DNA of 64,000 bases, taken from positions 930,001 to 994,000 of the forward strand of contig JAYWIR010000048.1 of the NCBI GenBank assembly GCA_036172245.1, read 5' to 3'. This document shows positions 62,975 through 64,000 of this stretch, one piece after another. Position numbers and translations under genes: made by a program. Below the pieces are notes generated by a model, which saw only the letters and a program-made list of their open reading frames with translations, searched no databases and was not told the origin of the DNA. Numbering within the stretch: position 1 is the stretch's first letter; the number at the start of each line of letters is the position of its first letter. The stretch is from Raillietiella orientalis. Its lineage: Eukaryota.

Positions 62975-64000
62975 CTGAAGAGACAATAAAAATGCCAAAA
63001 ACGAAAAGAGGAAACCATGAAGGCGGCGACGGAGACGCGGCACAGTCGCCAGGAGCAGAGTCTCGGTTTCCGTCGCGAGCGCGGCGGGGAAATGGGCCCT
63101 CCCCTGCAAGACGCCACGAATTCTCAGCAGCCGAAACCGGGCACGCACGGAGACGAAAGAGGAGAAGGTCCCGACATCCCGGAGAACGCTGAGAACGCGC
63201 GCAGAAAAAAAGGGAGGGGAAGAAAGAAGTCCCTCCTCCTTCGAGAGACGCTCCGCGGCTGCGTGCCAAAGTTCCTGCGAAACGCATCCGCGGTGATCCC
63301 GGAAACCCGCGAGTACGCAAGAGGTGCTGCCGTGATCAGACGGAGGAGCCCTTCTTGTGAAAACGAAGTTTCCTCCTCGTTCCCAGTCGTAGCGCCACTT
63401 GGCCGTTTCGCCCCCCTCCCCCTTCCGCCATTTTCCTCTTTGGCGGCCGTGTGAAGGAGGAAAAAGGAAACCCCACCCTGACACGATTTCCCCCTCCCCC
63501 CCCAAAATGGTGGTGGTGGGAAACCGTGTCTCGACGGGTCCGCGGGTTGCTGAGCTCCGTGGGCGCGTTAGTCCCCTGCCCCCCCCCCCCTCATGCCGTT
63601 CTCACCAGCTCATGGTCACGCGAGCTCTTCAGTTCATTACGATCTTTTTATAGCCCCCATTCTCTTCTAGAAGAAGGTTCCCTGAGGTGGCAGCAGACGT
63701 CCGGTGCGAAGTTCAGAAGCGGGTTACCAGGCAGGAATTCACGGTTGCCAGGCAGCGCATTATTCGAACGCGAGGCCTCGCGATGACTAGATGCCGCGCG
63801 CGCTTGGGAACGGTTGCGAGGCGACGAGCGAAGAACCGATCTGTCGGGCTCGGTCCGGAAATTCCAAGATGTCTGCCACTACGAGGTTTCCTTAAGCGGG
63901 TCCATCTGCGAGCGACACCGACGGCCGTGGTCAAGTTTGACCACACCCACACAGGAAACAGGGTGTGCGCGAGGTGTATCCGCTGCGCACCGCCAATCCC

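Overview
Eukaryotic (metazoan, plausibly arthropod) genomic DNA, GC-rich and CpG-rich, made almost entirely of nested, decayed transposable elements. I see no prokaryotic genes, rRNA, tRNA or CRISPR array, and nearly all of the six-frame ORFs are spurious or are broken TE reading frames. The dominant component is one L1/Tx1-clade non-LTR retrotransposon family, present as about 20 fragments on both strands: 5' repeats, ORF1 with CCHC knuckles, APE endonuclease, RT, a C-terminal CCHC/zf-RVT tail and a structured 3' UTR. Also present are a NeSL/Utopia-like RT fragment, several very degenerate Ty3/Gypsy and BEL/Pao remnants, two rearranged mariner elements, two hAT MITEs, one pogo/Tigger-like MITE, a (CA)52 microsatellite, an AT-rich island, and one probable terminal exon of an unidentified host gene (62774-62974, minus strand). 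The most notable observations are: two covarying RNA hairpins conserved at the LINE 3' ends with no poly(A) tail; candidate non-autonomous ORF1-plus-tail elements; fold-back mariners whose 5' end is an inverted copy of the 3' end; and near-identical duplicated patches (1239 bp inverted, 274 bp direct) among otherwise old copies. All homology calls are by eye from motifs, and boundaries of decayed elements are approximate. I cannot support a wholly new enzymatic system here.
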